Source: an uncultured Clostridia bacterium
GTDB taxonomy: Bacteria > Bacillota > Clostridia > Christensenellales > UBA1242
Length of the DNA stretch: 64,000 nucleotides
Reading direction: 5' to 3'
Assembly (NCBI GenBank): GCA_946496065.1
Contig: CAMMFF010000004.1
Coordinates: 7,450-71,449 of the forward strand
This document shows, piece after piece, positions 9,079-17,619 of this stretch. Within the stretch, counting starts at the first letter, position 1, and every line of letters begins with the position of its first letter. The notes beneath the pieces were generated by a model. The model did no database searches. It saw only the letters and a list, made by a program, of their open reading frames with translations, and was not told the origin of the DNA. Made by a program: the position numbers and the translations under genes.

Positions 9079-10495
9079 TCATTCTGTCCTTGTTTTTATT
9101 TTTAAAAAATCTCGGTCTATTTTTCATGTCACTTAACGGAACTTTCAAAATTCCGTCCTTATTATCCGACAAAATGAAGGGAGAAAATGGTGCAAGATAA
9201 GGTGCACCATAATTTTCAATTGAGTTTGCATAGGCGAGAAAATAGATCATTCCACCAATCAGTCCCAAAAGTCCCAAAGAAGCCCCGATGATGAGAAAAA
9301 TAAATTGCAAAACATTGATTTGTGCAGATTGTTCTGGAATGGTGTAAAGTGCAATCTTCGCAATGGCAACAACGATGACAGATGGTGGCGAAATAAGCCC
9401 CGCTTTAACTCCCGTGTCACCCAAAATCAATGCTCCAACAATGGAGGTAGCAAGACCCAAATAACTTGGAAGTCTCAAACTGACTTCATATAAAATTTGG
9501 AAGAGCAACGAAATAAACAAAATTTCAATAAACGGAGTGAAAGGCACTTGCTGAGTGGCATCAGCAATTGTAATCAAATATTTGATCGGAAGGACGTTAT
9601 AATGAAACAACTGAAGAGCAATGTAGGTCCCTGGCCCAACGACGGCAATCAACAAACCAATCAACCTGATAACTCTCAAAAAACCTGAATAGATGTAGTT
9701 GGTGTAATAATCATTGCTGTTTTGTAAATCTTCCAAAAAGACAAAGGGAATTGTCAACACAATTGGAGAATTGTCAACAATGACAGCCACCCTACCTTCC
9801 AACATTTTCGCTGCCACAATGTCTGGTTTTTCGGAATTTCCAATCTGTTTCAGCAAAGAATTTGGACGATTTGAAAGCAGAGAAAGAAGATAATAAGAGT
9901 CCACAATTCCATCGATTTTGATTTTGGAAAGTTTTTTCTTGATTTCTTTGACAATCTTTTTGTCTGCAACATCATTTAAATAAGCCAAAACCACCTGGGT
10001 TTGAGTTTCTTCACCAACTGTTGTTTGTTCAAAGACAAGTTGCTCCGTATAGAACCTTCTTCTAATCAAAGTGATATTTGTTTTCAAATCCTCAGTAAAC
10101 CCTTCACGAGGTCCCATGATAACAGGAGAAGTTGGAGGTTCTGAAGGAGTTCTCATATTGAACTTCAAAATGTCAATTGCCAAGAATTCTTCACTGTTTG
10201 AAAGCAAAATAATCACCGACCCCTTCAAGATTTTTGAAATAACCTCGCCTTCTTTAACGACTGAAACATCATTGCATTTGACTATTTGTGACAAATTATC
10301 AAACTTCAAATCTCCTTGAAACTTCAAAATAGGGTCATAGATAGCAGTGGAAAAAATAAGATTGTCTGTAATGCTTTTCAGATAAACAAAGCCAACTTGG
10401 ACATCATTTTTCATCATATCTCTGCTTGTCACATCAATTGAGTTATGAAGTTGTTTTTTCAATTTTTCAATCTCTTTTTTAACTTCCACAAACAT
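9062..10495 (-). CDS. Spore germination protein, GerAA/GerKA family
   Basis: 477 aa with the GerA-family core PSEPPTSPVIMGPREGFTEDLKTNITLIRRR plus C-terminal TM helices. GAGGAG lies immediately upstream. Confidence 0.9.
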   Translation of the reverse strand: MFVEVKKEIEKLKKQLHNSIDVTSRDMMKNDVQVGFVYLKSITDNLIFSTAIYDPILKFQGDLKFDNLSQIVKCNDVSVVKEGEVISKILKGSVIILLSNSEEFLAIDILKFNMRTPSEPPTSPVIMGPREGFTEDLKTNITLIRRRFYTEQLVFEQTTVGEETQTQVVLAYLNDVADKKIVKEIKKKLSKIKIDGIVDSYYLLSLLSNRPNSLLKQIGNSEKPDIVAAKMLEGRVAVIVDNSPIVLTIPFVFLEDLQNSNDYYTNYIYSGFLRVIRLIGLLIAVVGPGTYIALQLFHYNVLPIKYLITIADATQQVPFTPFIEILFISLLFQILYEVSLRLPSYLGLATSIVGALILGDTGVKAGLISPPSVIVVAIAKIALYTIPEQSAQINVLQFIFLIIGASLGLLGLIGGMIYFLAYANSIENYGAPYLAPFSPFILSDNKDGILKVPLSDMKNRPRFFKNKNKDRMNDSER

Positions 10496-10553
10496 CTCCT
10501 CTTTTTTGGTAGTATAAACAAAAAATTAAAAAATATATAAAATTGAAAATCAA

Positions 10554-10586
10554 CAAAAAAGAAAAAGGACAAACGAAAGTTTGCCC
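10554..10586 (-). terminator. Intrinsic terminator after the 10606..11526 gene
   Basis: Minus-strand hairpin gggcaaac/gtttgtcc (one G-U pair) followed by a U-run. Confidence 0.6.
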
Positions 10587-10605
10587 AATTTAAATCAACC
10601 CATCA

Positions 10606-11526
10606 TCAATTTATCTCAACAAAATCACTTTCCAAAACACATCCACAAGTCAAAGATTTGATTTGCACAACTGACTTTTCAAAGTCTATTTGTCCAAACA
10701 AGAAATCAGCATTGTCAAATGTGTAAGAATATAAGCCATTTTCAAATTCAACGCTTAAAACCGAAAGCACTCCCTTCAACTGTCCGTCTGCATAAACTTC
10801 AAATTTTTCAACTTTCTCAGTGCTTTGAATCTTCAAACTGCCGTTTTCTCTTGAAGCACTGTTGATCACATTCTTGCGAGTAATAGTTATGTCAATCCCC
10901 TCTCCTGCATAAGATTGAGTTAGGAATGAATTTGAAGATTGCCCAAAGATATAAACTTTATATTTGCCGACTTCAACATTTTGAGTTGAAAGAGAATTGC
11001 TTTCAGCGGAAAGTTCAACAACTTGGCCATTTGCATCGACAAATTTGACAACATAACTATCTGCCAAATAGACATTTCCCCAAGTCAACATCTCGCTTTC
11101 TTTGTCAAAAGATGCCGATTCATAATCCACTGTGTCCAGCGCCCAACTTGGTTGCCACTGCAAACTTTGTGAAAATTCACCATTCCCAGCACCATTTTCG
11201 GTTGTAAAACAAGCAGAAAAACGATAATTTTGACCAGCAATAATGTCCAGTCCACTTTCATTCAAATTAATCATGTTCACATCACTATCAACCACTGCAA
11301 CAGTGACATATTCATTGCTCATCATCTGCTCCAGTTTGAATTGATAGCCATATTTCCCGCCATATTCAGTAACAAGATAATAATCGTCGTCAATTTTTTC
11401 AACCTTCAACGAACTTGGAACTTCTTCAATGATGTCGTTCCCCAAAAAAACGAAATAAAAACCAACGATTATTGCAATAATCGCCGCACAAATTGCACTA
11501 TAGACAATCCATTGTTTTTTATTCAT
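10606..11526 (-). CDS. Hypothetical membrane-anchored protein with beta-rich (possibly Ig/FN3-like) ectodomain
   Basis: 306 aa. N-terminal signal-anchor (WIVYSAICAAIIAIIVGFYFVFL) followed by about three ~90-aa beta-rich segments. No family recognised. Confidence 0.65.
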   Translation of the reverse strand: MNKKQWIVYSAICAAIIAIIVGFYFVFLGNDIIEEVPSSLKVEKIDDDYYLVTEYGGKYGYQFKLEQMMSNEYVTVAVVDSDVNMINLNESGLDIIAGQNYRFSACFTTENGAGNGEFSQSLQWQPSWALDTVDYESASFDKESEMLTWGNVYLADSYVVKFVDANGQVVELSAESNSLSTQNVEVGKYKVYIFGQSSNSFLTQSYAGEGIDITITRKNVINSASRENGSLKIQSTEKVEKFEVYADGQLKGVLSVLSVEFENGLYSYTFDNADFLFGQIDFEKSVVQIKSLTCGCVLESDFVEIN

Positions 11527-11532
11527 ATAAAT

Positions 11533-11561
11533 ATTATACCTATAAAAGCAATATTTTGCAA
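11533..11561 (-). promoter_or_regulatory. Promoter placing the TSS on the ATG of the 10606..11526 gene (leaderless candidate)
   Basis: TTGCAA (11561-11556), 17 nt spacer, TATAAT (11538-11533), then 6 nt (atttat) and the ATG at 11526. No SD. Confidence 0.6.
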
Positions 11562-11611
11562 TTTTATTTAACTATTTTAGCAAAAAAAGAAAAATTATTT
11601 CTAAACGCATA

Positions 11612-11640
11612 TTGACAAACATAGTTAAACATGATAGAAT
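11612..11640 (+). promoter_or_regulatory. Promoter of the 11665 gene
   Basis: TTGACA (11612-11617), 17 nt spacer, then TGa-TAGAAT (11632-11640). GGAGG RBS downstream. Confidence 0.7.
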
Positions 11641-11664
11641 AGAAGCAGAATTTGGAGGTAGAAT

Positions 11665-12768
11665 ATGATTTTTTCAACAATGTGCGCAGGCATGAATTTT
11701 GATAATTTGACTGCTGAAGGCTACGCTGCTTTCATACTTGCACTTATCTTTTCAATTGTCAGCATTGCAGGATTCATCTACTTTGCAAGACATAAAGATG
11801 CTGGAAAAGTAGTTTTAATTTTGACAACCTTAATTTTCCCAGTTCTCGCAATTTTCTTCTGGATGTATTTAATCATGAACATATGTGCATACAACCTTGC
11901 AGTTTCACTTGGTGTTGCTTTCGGAACAAGTTTAGGATATGCAGTTGTTGCAATTTGCTTGGCATTAATCATCAATGCAGTCATCAATTCAAACAAAAAG
12001 AAGAAAGCAGAGAGAGCCGCCAGAGCAGCTGAAGAAAAAGCAAATGTAACTGAAACTGTTGAAGAACCCGTGACAGAAGCAGTTGAAACAACAGAAGAGA
12101 CAGTTGAAGACGGAGAACAAAAACTTTTGAATGCTCCTGAAACAGAAGAGACAGTTGCATTGTTGGAAGAAAATAATGAACAACCTGAATCAGTTGAAGA
12201 AGAAGTTGCAGTTTCTGAAAACACAGAAGAAGCAGAAAACGCAGAAACAACTGAAGAAGCAAAAGAAGAAATCACAGAACAAGGCGTCATTTTCTCAAAT
12301 GAACCAAAGAAAACATTTGATGAACAATTCAACGAATTAGACGCTGATAGACAAGGCTATTTCAATGAAATTTTGGAATATGCAATGGAAAAACCAGGAA
12401 CAAAATGTTCAAATGCAAAATATCATAAAACAGTAAAAATTGGTTCAATGAAGTTGTTAGATGCAAAATTCTCAAAAGAAGCACTCCTTTGCAATTTCAT
12501 GGCTGGCAGCAGCGAACTTAAATATTATTCAAAGAAAGAAAAGAACGTCAAAATCAAAGAAAAACCAGTCATCATTGAAATCGATTCTGCAGAATCAGTT
12601 CCTGTTGCAAAAAATATGATTGACATCGTTTTCAAAAACATTTCAGAAGCAAAAGACGAATTGACTGAAGAAAAGAAAGCAAAGAGAAGAAAAAGAAAAA
12701 CAACTGAAGAAAAACCTGAAAACACAGAAACAGAACAACCTTCAGAAAACAACGAATCAAACGAATAA
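11665..12768 (+). CDS. Hypothetical membrane protein with Glu-rich linker and C-terminal globular domain
   Basis: 367 aa with 3-4 N-terminal TM helices, a ~100-aa E/T/A-rich acidic linker, a ~150-aa C-terminal domain and a K/E tail. GGAGG RBS. Confidence 0.7.
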   Translation: MIFSTMCAGMNFDNLTAEGYAAFILALIFSIVSIAGFIYFARHKDAGKVVLILTTLIFPVLAIFFWMYLIMNICAYNLAVSLGVAFGTSLGYAVVAICLALIINAVINSNKKKKAERAARAAEEKANVTETVEEPVTEAVETTEETVEDGEQKLLNAPETEETVALLEENNEQPESVEEEVAVSENTEEAENAETTEEAKEEITEQGVIFSNEPKKTFDEQFNELDADRQGYFNEILEYAMEKPGTKCSNAKYHKTVKIGSMKLLDAKFSKEALLCNFMAGSSELKYYSKKEKNVKIKEKPVIIEIDSAESVPVAKNMIDIVFKNISEAKDELTEEKKAKRRKRKTTEEKPENTETEQPSENNESNE

Positions 12769-12775
12769 TAGCAAT

Positions 12776-12807
12776 AAAAAATAACTGCAACTGCAGTTAT
12801 TTTTTTC
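12776..12807. terminator. Bidirectional terminator between the 11665 gene and leuS
   Basis: Hairpin ataactgc-aact-gcagttat (12781-12800), flanked by A- and T-runs. Confidence 0.7.
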
Positions 12808-12822
12808 TTTTTAATAATTAGG

Positions 12823-15240
12823 TTATTTAATCAAATTGATAATTCTATTTGGAACATAAACAACCTTTTTAAGTGCAATATCCTTATTATAAACCTCTGG
12901 ATATTGTTTCTCAATTTCAGCAAGCAAATCCTCTTGTGAAATATCTTTTGCCACTGAAATAACTTTGAAAAGTTTTCCATTGATTTGAACTGGCAAATTG
13001 ATTGTATCTTCAACCAAATATTTCTCATCATATTTTGGCCAAGACTCATCAAGAATCTGAGATTTGAAAACATTTTCAAAAATCTCACTTGTAATGTGTG
13101 GAGCCATAGGATTCAACAAAATCAAAAATGCTTTCAATTCTTCTTTTGTGATAAACTTATCTTCTCTGACTTTCTTAAGGAAAATCATGAGAGCAGAAAT
13201 TGATGTGTTCAGTTTCAAATCTTCAAGGTCATCAGTAACCTTTTTAATCAATTTGTTAAGCTCAATTCTGTGTTCTTTTGAAACCTCGTCCCCCTTAACC
13301 ATATCTTGCAAAGCCCAAACTTTGTCCAAGAACGCAGTTATACCAGTGATTCCATCATAAGTCCAAGGAGTGTTGTCCTCATATCCTCCCAAGAAATGAA
13401 CATGAAGTCTTGCAGCATCTGCACCATACTTGTCAATAACTTCAAGCGGAGAAACGCCGTTTGTTGAACTTTTGCTCATTTTCTTTCCTTGGTCATCCAA
13501 AATCAAACCACTTCCCATTTTTCTAAGGAAAGGTTCTCTTGTTGGAACAGCACCAATTTCATACAAGAAGTTTTGCCAGAAAAATGCATAAAGGACATGA
13601 CGAGTGATATGTTCTGTTCCGCCAGTGTAACAATCAACACTTCCCCAATATTTCAACTTCTCAAAATCTGCGAGAGCATTTGGATTGTGTGGATCAGTAT
13701 AACGAAGCCAATACCAACTTGAACCAGCCCAGTTTGGCATTGTGTCAGTTTCTCTATGGGCGATTTTTCCACATTTTGGACACTTACATTCCACCCAATC
13801 TTTAACTTTAGACAATGGGGAATCACCCTTTTCATTTGGCAAATAGTCATCAGTTTCAGGCAAAACCAAAGGCAAATCTTTTTCATCAAGAGCAACCGTT
13901 CCGCAGTGGTCACAGAATACAATCGGGAATGGTTCTCCCCAATATCTCTGACGGTTGAAAGGCCAATCCTGCATTTTATAATTGATCTGTTTCTGTCCAG
14001 CACCCAAAGAAACAACCTTATCAGCAATTTCTTTCTTTGCTTGCAAAACATTCATTCCGTCAAATTCTGCAGAATTCATCATTTTGCTGTTTGCACTCAA
14101 ATATTCTTTTTTCTCAACAGCTCTGTTGCTATCTCCTTCAATAACTTGAATGATTGGAATGTTATAAGCCTTTGCAAAGTCCCAATCTCTTTGGTCATGA
14201 GCAGGAACAGCCATAACCGCCCCTGTTCCATATCCAGCCAAAACAAAGTCAGCGAGATACAAAGGAACTTTCTTCTTATTGACAGGGTTGACAACATAAA
14301 GTCCTTCAACTTTGCAACCTGTCTTGTTCTTTTGGTCGGACAATCTGTCAAACTCACTTCTGAGAGCAGTTTTCTTTCTGTAATCTTCAATTTCTGTCCA
14401 ATTTTTAATGCCACTCTTAAAATCATCAATCAATGAATTTTCTGGAGCAAGCACGACATATGTCACACCATAGATGGTTTCAATGCAAGTGGTAAAGATT
14501 TCCACTTTGCTCAATTTTTCGTTTTTGTCATTGAAAAGTTCAAAAGCAACTTGCATACCTTCGCTTTTTCCAATCCAATTTCTTTGAGCCTCTTTCAAAC
14601 TTTCTGCCATGTTGATTTTGTCAATGTTGTCAAGGAGTTTCTCTGAATACTCCTTCATTTTCAAATACCAAACCCAGCGTTTCTTTTGAATGACCTCTCC
14701 GCCACATCTGTCACACTTTCCACCTTGGCTGTCTTCATTGGAGAGCACAGTTTTGCAATTTGGACAGAAGTTGACAACACCCTCTTTTTTGTATGCTTTT
14801 CCATGTTTGTAAAGTTGCAAGAAAATCCATTGGGTCCATTTGTAATAATCAGGGTCTGAAGTGCAGAAAGTTCTGTCCCAATCAAAAGAAAGGCCAATTC
14901 TTCTTGATTGTTCAAAAGCCTTCTTTGCTCCCTCTTCAACAAACTTATGAGGATTTGTTCCGTTTTTTATGGCAGCATTTTCTGCAGGAAGCCCAAAAGA
15001 GTCTCCACCAATAGGGAACAAAACATTATACCCCTGAAATCTTTTCATACGAGCCAAAGCATCGGATGGAACAGTTCCCTTCAAGTGCCCCATATGAAGA
15101 TTTCCACTTATGTTAAAAAACTCATACAAAACATAATATTTAGGTTTTGTAGGATGAAAATCAATTGCCTTAAAAGAATGTTCATTAAACCATTTATCTT
15201 GCCATTTTTTCTCAACGGCCTTAAAATCATAATTTTTCAT
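12823..15240 (-). CDS. leuS: Leucine--tRNA ligase
   Basis: 805 aa. HIGH-type motif (NLHMGH), KMSKS, a zinc-binding Cys cluster in the inserted (CP1-type) region, and a LeuS-specific N-terminus (YDFKAVEKKWQDKW). Confidence 0.97.
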   Translation of the reverse strand: MKNYDFKAVEKKWQDKWFNEHSFKAIDFHPTKPKYYVLYEFFNISGNLHMGHLKGTVPSDALARMKRFQGYNVLFPIGGDSFGLPAENAAIKNGTNPHKFVEEGAKKAFEQSRRIGLSFDWDRTFCTSDPDYYKWTQWIFLQLYKHGKAYKKEGVVNFCPNCKTVLSNEDSQGGKCDRCGGEVIQKKRWVWYLKMKEYSEKLLDNIDKINMAESLKEAQRNWIGKSEGMQVAFELFNDKNEKLSKVEIFTTCIETIYGVTYVVLAPENSLIDDFKSGIKNWTEIEDYRKKTALRSEFDRLSDQKNKTGCKVEGLYVVNPVNKKKVPLYLADFVLAGYGTGAVMAVPAHDQRDWDFAKAYNIPIIQVIEGDSNRAVEKKEYLSANSKMMNSAEFDGMNVLQAKKEIADKVVSLGAGQKQINYKMQDWPFNRQRYWGEPFPIVFCDHCGTVALDEKDLPLVLPETDDYLPNEKGDSPLSKVKDWVECKCPKCGKIAHRETDTMPNWAGSSWYWLRYTDPHNPNALADFEKLKYWGSVDCYTGGTEHITRHVLYAFFWQNFLYEIGAVPTREPFLRKMGSGLILDDQGKKMSKSSTNGVSPLEVIDKYGADAARLHVHFLGGYEDNTPWTYDGITGITAFLDKVWALQDMVKGDEVSKEHRIELNKLIKKVTDDLEDLKLNTSISALMIFLKKVREDKFITKEELKAFLILLNPMAPHITSEIFENVFKSQILDESWPKYDEKYLVEDTINLPVQINGKLFKVISVAKDISQEDLLAEIEKQYPEVYNKDIALKKVVYVPNRIINLIK

Positions 15241-15264
15241 TGTAAAATGCTCCCAGTAATCAAA

Positions 15265-15978
15265 TTACCCTTTCTTTTTTGCATAAACCGAAGAAGTTGC
15301 AATCAGGAACAATCCTGGAATATAAAGATAGAATGCAATGTCTCCACTGTTTAAGAAATCAACAAAAGGACCAGACAAATTTAGCAACGTAATTCCGCCA
15401 TTTTTAAGTCCAACAACAATGTCACAAAGAAAGAACAACAAACAACCCAAAAACAACAACCATTCTGATTTGATGTGAATCAAAAGAAAGATTAAAGACA
15501 CAGCAAAGTTCAAAATATACATCACAGCAACAAGTTCCAAAGTTCCAATTTCAAAATAATTTGGAATTAAAAAATATGCGAGCAAACATAGAGCAACCCT
15601 AAAAGCAATGTTGAAAATTCTTGTTCCAATGCTCTGATTCAGATATAATGTATAAGTCATTAAAAAGAATTGGAAAACACAGAATATACACACTCCAATA
15701 AGTTTGTTCTGCTCTGTTGGCATCAATGTCAAGAAATAGTCCGCCGCAACAACCGAAGCCAAGCCAAGAGTTAGGATGATTTTTTTGAAATTCATTTTGA
15801 TGAAACATAACGAAAACAAAAAGCAAAGAACAACACAAGCATAAGCAAAATATTCCATTTTCAATTTTGAATCTGCTTCAAACTTGCCGAAAATGACATA
15901 AAAAAATGAAGCAAACACGAGCAACGCGAAAACCACTGTCATAATCACTTTGAAAACAGATGTTTTACTTTTTTCCAT
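15265..15978 (-). CDS. Polytopic integral membrane protein (family not assigned)
   Basis: About 237 aa with 7-8 predicted TM helices, only 24 nt upstream of leuS. Start set to the ATG at 15978 (MEKSK...); the track start at 16017 is TTG. Confidence 0.6.
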   Translation of the reverse strand: MEKSKTSVFKVIMTVVFALLVFASFFYVIFGKFEADSKLKMEYFAYACVVLCFLFSLCFIKMNFKKIILTLGLASVVAADYFLTLMPTEQNKLIGVCIFCVFQFFLMTYTLYLNQSIGTRIFNIAFRVALCLLAYFLIPNYFEIGTLELVAVMYILNFAVSLIFLLIHIKSEWLLFLGCLLFFLCDIVVGLKNGGITLLNLSGPFVDFLNSGDIAFYLYIPGLFLIATSSVYAKKKG

Positions 15979-15984
15979 AAGCAT

Positions 15985-16012
15985 ATAATAGCACAAAAAT
16001 ATGATTTTACAA
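15985..16012 (-). promoter_or_regulatory. Promoter placing the TSS on the ATG at 15978 (leaderless candidate)
   Basis: TTGTAA (16012-16007), 16 nt spacer ending in an extended -10 TGc, TATTAT (15990-15985), then 6 nt (atgctt) and the ATG. Confidence 0.5.
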
Positions 16013-16089
16013 AACAAATAGACAATTTTTTACAAATATAATACTAAATTTATAATGTTTCATAAAATTTGAAACCCCTATTAAATTAC

Positions 16090-16118
16090 TTTACATTTCC
16101 ACTTAAAATCTTTATACT
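16090..16118 (+). promoter_or_regulatory. Promoter of the nucleoside hydrolase / HDG pair
   Basis: TTTACA (16090-16095), 17 nt spacer, TATACT (16113-16118). AGGAG RBS at the gene. Confidence 0.6.
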
Positions 16119-16155
16119 TAAAAAGTAGATTTGCAAATTTCAATAGGAGAAATAA

Positions 16156-17115
16156 ATGAAGAAAAAATTTAAAGTTATTGTTGACACAGACCCTGGCGTT
16201 GACGACACAAATGCACTGGTTTACATTCTAAACGACCCACAATTTGACATAAAATTGTTTACAATCGCAAATGGAAACATCAACATAGATTATGCAACAA
16301 GAAACATGTGTCACTTGCTTGATGTTTTTAATAAAGATATTCCTGTCGTAGAAGGTTACAGAAAACGTCTTGGAAAAAATTTGGAAAATGCTGCGTTTTT
16401 ACATGGAAAAGAAGGTTTGGGTAATTACAAACCACCAAAAACCACAAAACATAAGCCTCAAAATGTTGAAGCAGCTGATGCGATGTATGAAATTTTGAAA
16501 CAATATCCAAATGAAATCACCATAATCGTGCTTGGCCCCCACACAAATGTTGCACATCTTTTGATGAAACACCCTGACAGTAAAGACCTAATCAAAAACA
16601 TTTTAATGATGGGTGGTTCTCCAAATGGAATTTTGGCAGACCCAAATCATAATTCTTTCAATATCAGAACAGATGCCCCTGCATTTAAAATTACTGTTGA
16701 TTCAAAAATACCAACAGTTATGTGTCCATCAAGCATAGGAAGAGATGAGGGATATTTCACAGAAAAACAAGTTGAAGAGATCAAAAACACAAACATCATT
16801 GGCAAATTTTTGGCAAAAACCTATGAAACATATTGGGAACCAGGATATAAAGACAGGAGAATTGCAACAAATGACATTTGTGCAGTTTACTATCTAATAC
16901 ACCCAAAACTCTACAAAACCAAAAAAGCGGATATTGAAGTTGACACAGAAAAAAGCATTGGAAAAACAATCGCACATTACAACAAGAATGGCGTATTTAA
17001 AATTGTTGTTGGACTCAAAAGAAGAAAATTTCAAAAATTGCTTTTTAAAAAACTCAAAGAAATGAACAAGATTGAAATCACAGACAAAACTTTCTTAAAG
17101 AATATAGAAGAATAA
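16156..17115 (+). CDS. Nucleoside hydrolase (inosine/uridine-preferring IUNH family)
   Basis: 319 aa with the N-terminal aspartate fingerprint VIVDTDPGVDDTNAL. Confidence 0.88.
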   Translation: MKKKFKVIVDTDPGVDDTNALVYILNDPQFDIKLFTIANGNINIDYATRNMCHLLDVFNKDIPVVEGYRKRLGKNLENAAFLHGKEGLGNYKPPKTTKHKPQNVEAADAMYEILKQYPNEITIIVLGPHTNVAHLLMKHPDSKDLIKNILMMGGSPNGILADPNHNSFNIRTDAPAFKITVDSKIPTVMCPSSIGRDEGYFTEKQVEEIKNTNIIGKFLAKTYETYWEPGYKDRRIATNDICAVYYLIHPKLYKTKKADIEVDTEKSIGKTIAHYNKNGVFKIVVGLKRRKFQKLLFKKLKEMNKIEITDKTFLKNIEE

Positions 17116-17585
17116 TGGAAAAGAACAAAGGATTTGAACCTGTTTATGACAAAAATTCAAAAATACTGATTTTAGGCAGTTTTCCAAGTGTAAAAAGCCG
17201 TGCTGTAGGATTTTATTATGGAAACAAACAAAACAGATTTTGGAAAATGCTTGAGCAAGTTTTTAATGAAAAAATTTCGGACAACATAGATGATAAAAAA
17301 GCATTTCTAAAAAGACACAACATCGCTCTTTGGGACGTAATCCAAGAAAGCGATTTGAAGGGTTCCGCAGATGTTGACTTGGAAAAATCAAACATAACCA
17401 CCGCCGACTTTTCGTTTTTGTTCCCGCCAAACACAAAAATTGAGAAAGTGCTATGTAATGGCAAAACTGCATATAATCTTTTTCTCAAACTATATCCAAC
17501 GGACATACCAGTGATATACATGTCCTCAACAAGTCCCGCCAATCCGAGATATAATTTTGAAGAATGGAAAAAGCAACTTAAATAA
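17115..17585 (+). CDS. DNA-deoxyinosine (hypoxanthine) glycosylase, UDG family 6-like
   Basis: 156 aa. ILILGSFPSVKS...YYGNKQNRFW and HNIALWDV match the hypoxanthine-DNA glycosylase pattern. Its ATG shares the A of the upstream TAA (TAATG at 17113-17117). Confidence 0.7.
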   Translation: MEKNKGFEPVYDKNSKILILGSFPSVKSRAVGFYYGNKQNRFWKMLEQVFNEKISDNIDDKKAFLKRHNIALWDVIQESDLKGSADVDLEKSNITTADFSFLFPPNTKIEKVLCNGKTAYNLFLKLYPTDIPVIYMSSTSPANPRYNFEEWKKQLK

Positions 17586-17588
17586 ATT

Positions 17589-17619
17589 AAAAAGAACTCA
17601 CAGATTGTGAGTTCTTTTT
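17589..17619. terminator. Bidirectional terminator between the HDG gene and the 88-aa gene
   Basis: Hairpin agaactcaca-gat-tgtgagttct (17593-17615), flanked by A- and T-runs. Confidence 0.75.

Noticed and set aside
10496-10553. Forespore (SigG/SigF) promoter consensus upstream of the gerA operon, and similarly for gpr and ytfI/ytfJ.
   Set aside because: Only partial -10-like elements are present (TTATACTA upstream of gerA; GGTTATATT upstream of gpr), with no convincing -35 at the required spacing. This is too weak to call from sequence alone.
12000-12300. Possible tandem-repeat or CRISPR-like periodicity in the GAA/GAAGAA-rich stretches at 12000-12300 and 4250-4450.
   Set aside because: These are in-frame Glu/Lys codon runs inside ORFs, with irregular spacing. 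There are no repeat-spacer units and no cas genes anywhere in the window.
15241-16155. A T-box leader expected upstream of leuS.
   Set aside because: Only 24 nt separate leuS from the upstream membrane gene, and the next intergenic region (16018-16155) is 138 nt and occupied by two promoters. There is no specifier or T-box (AGGGTGGNACCGCG-like) sequence.
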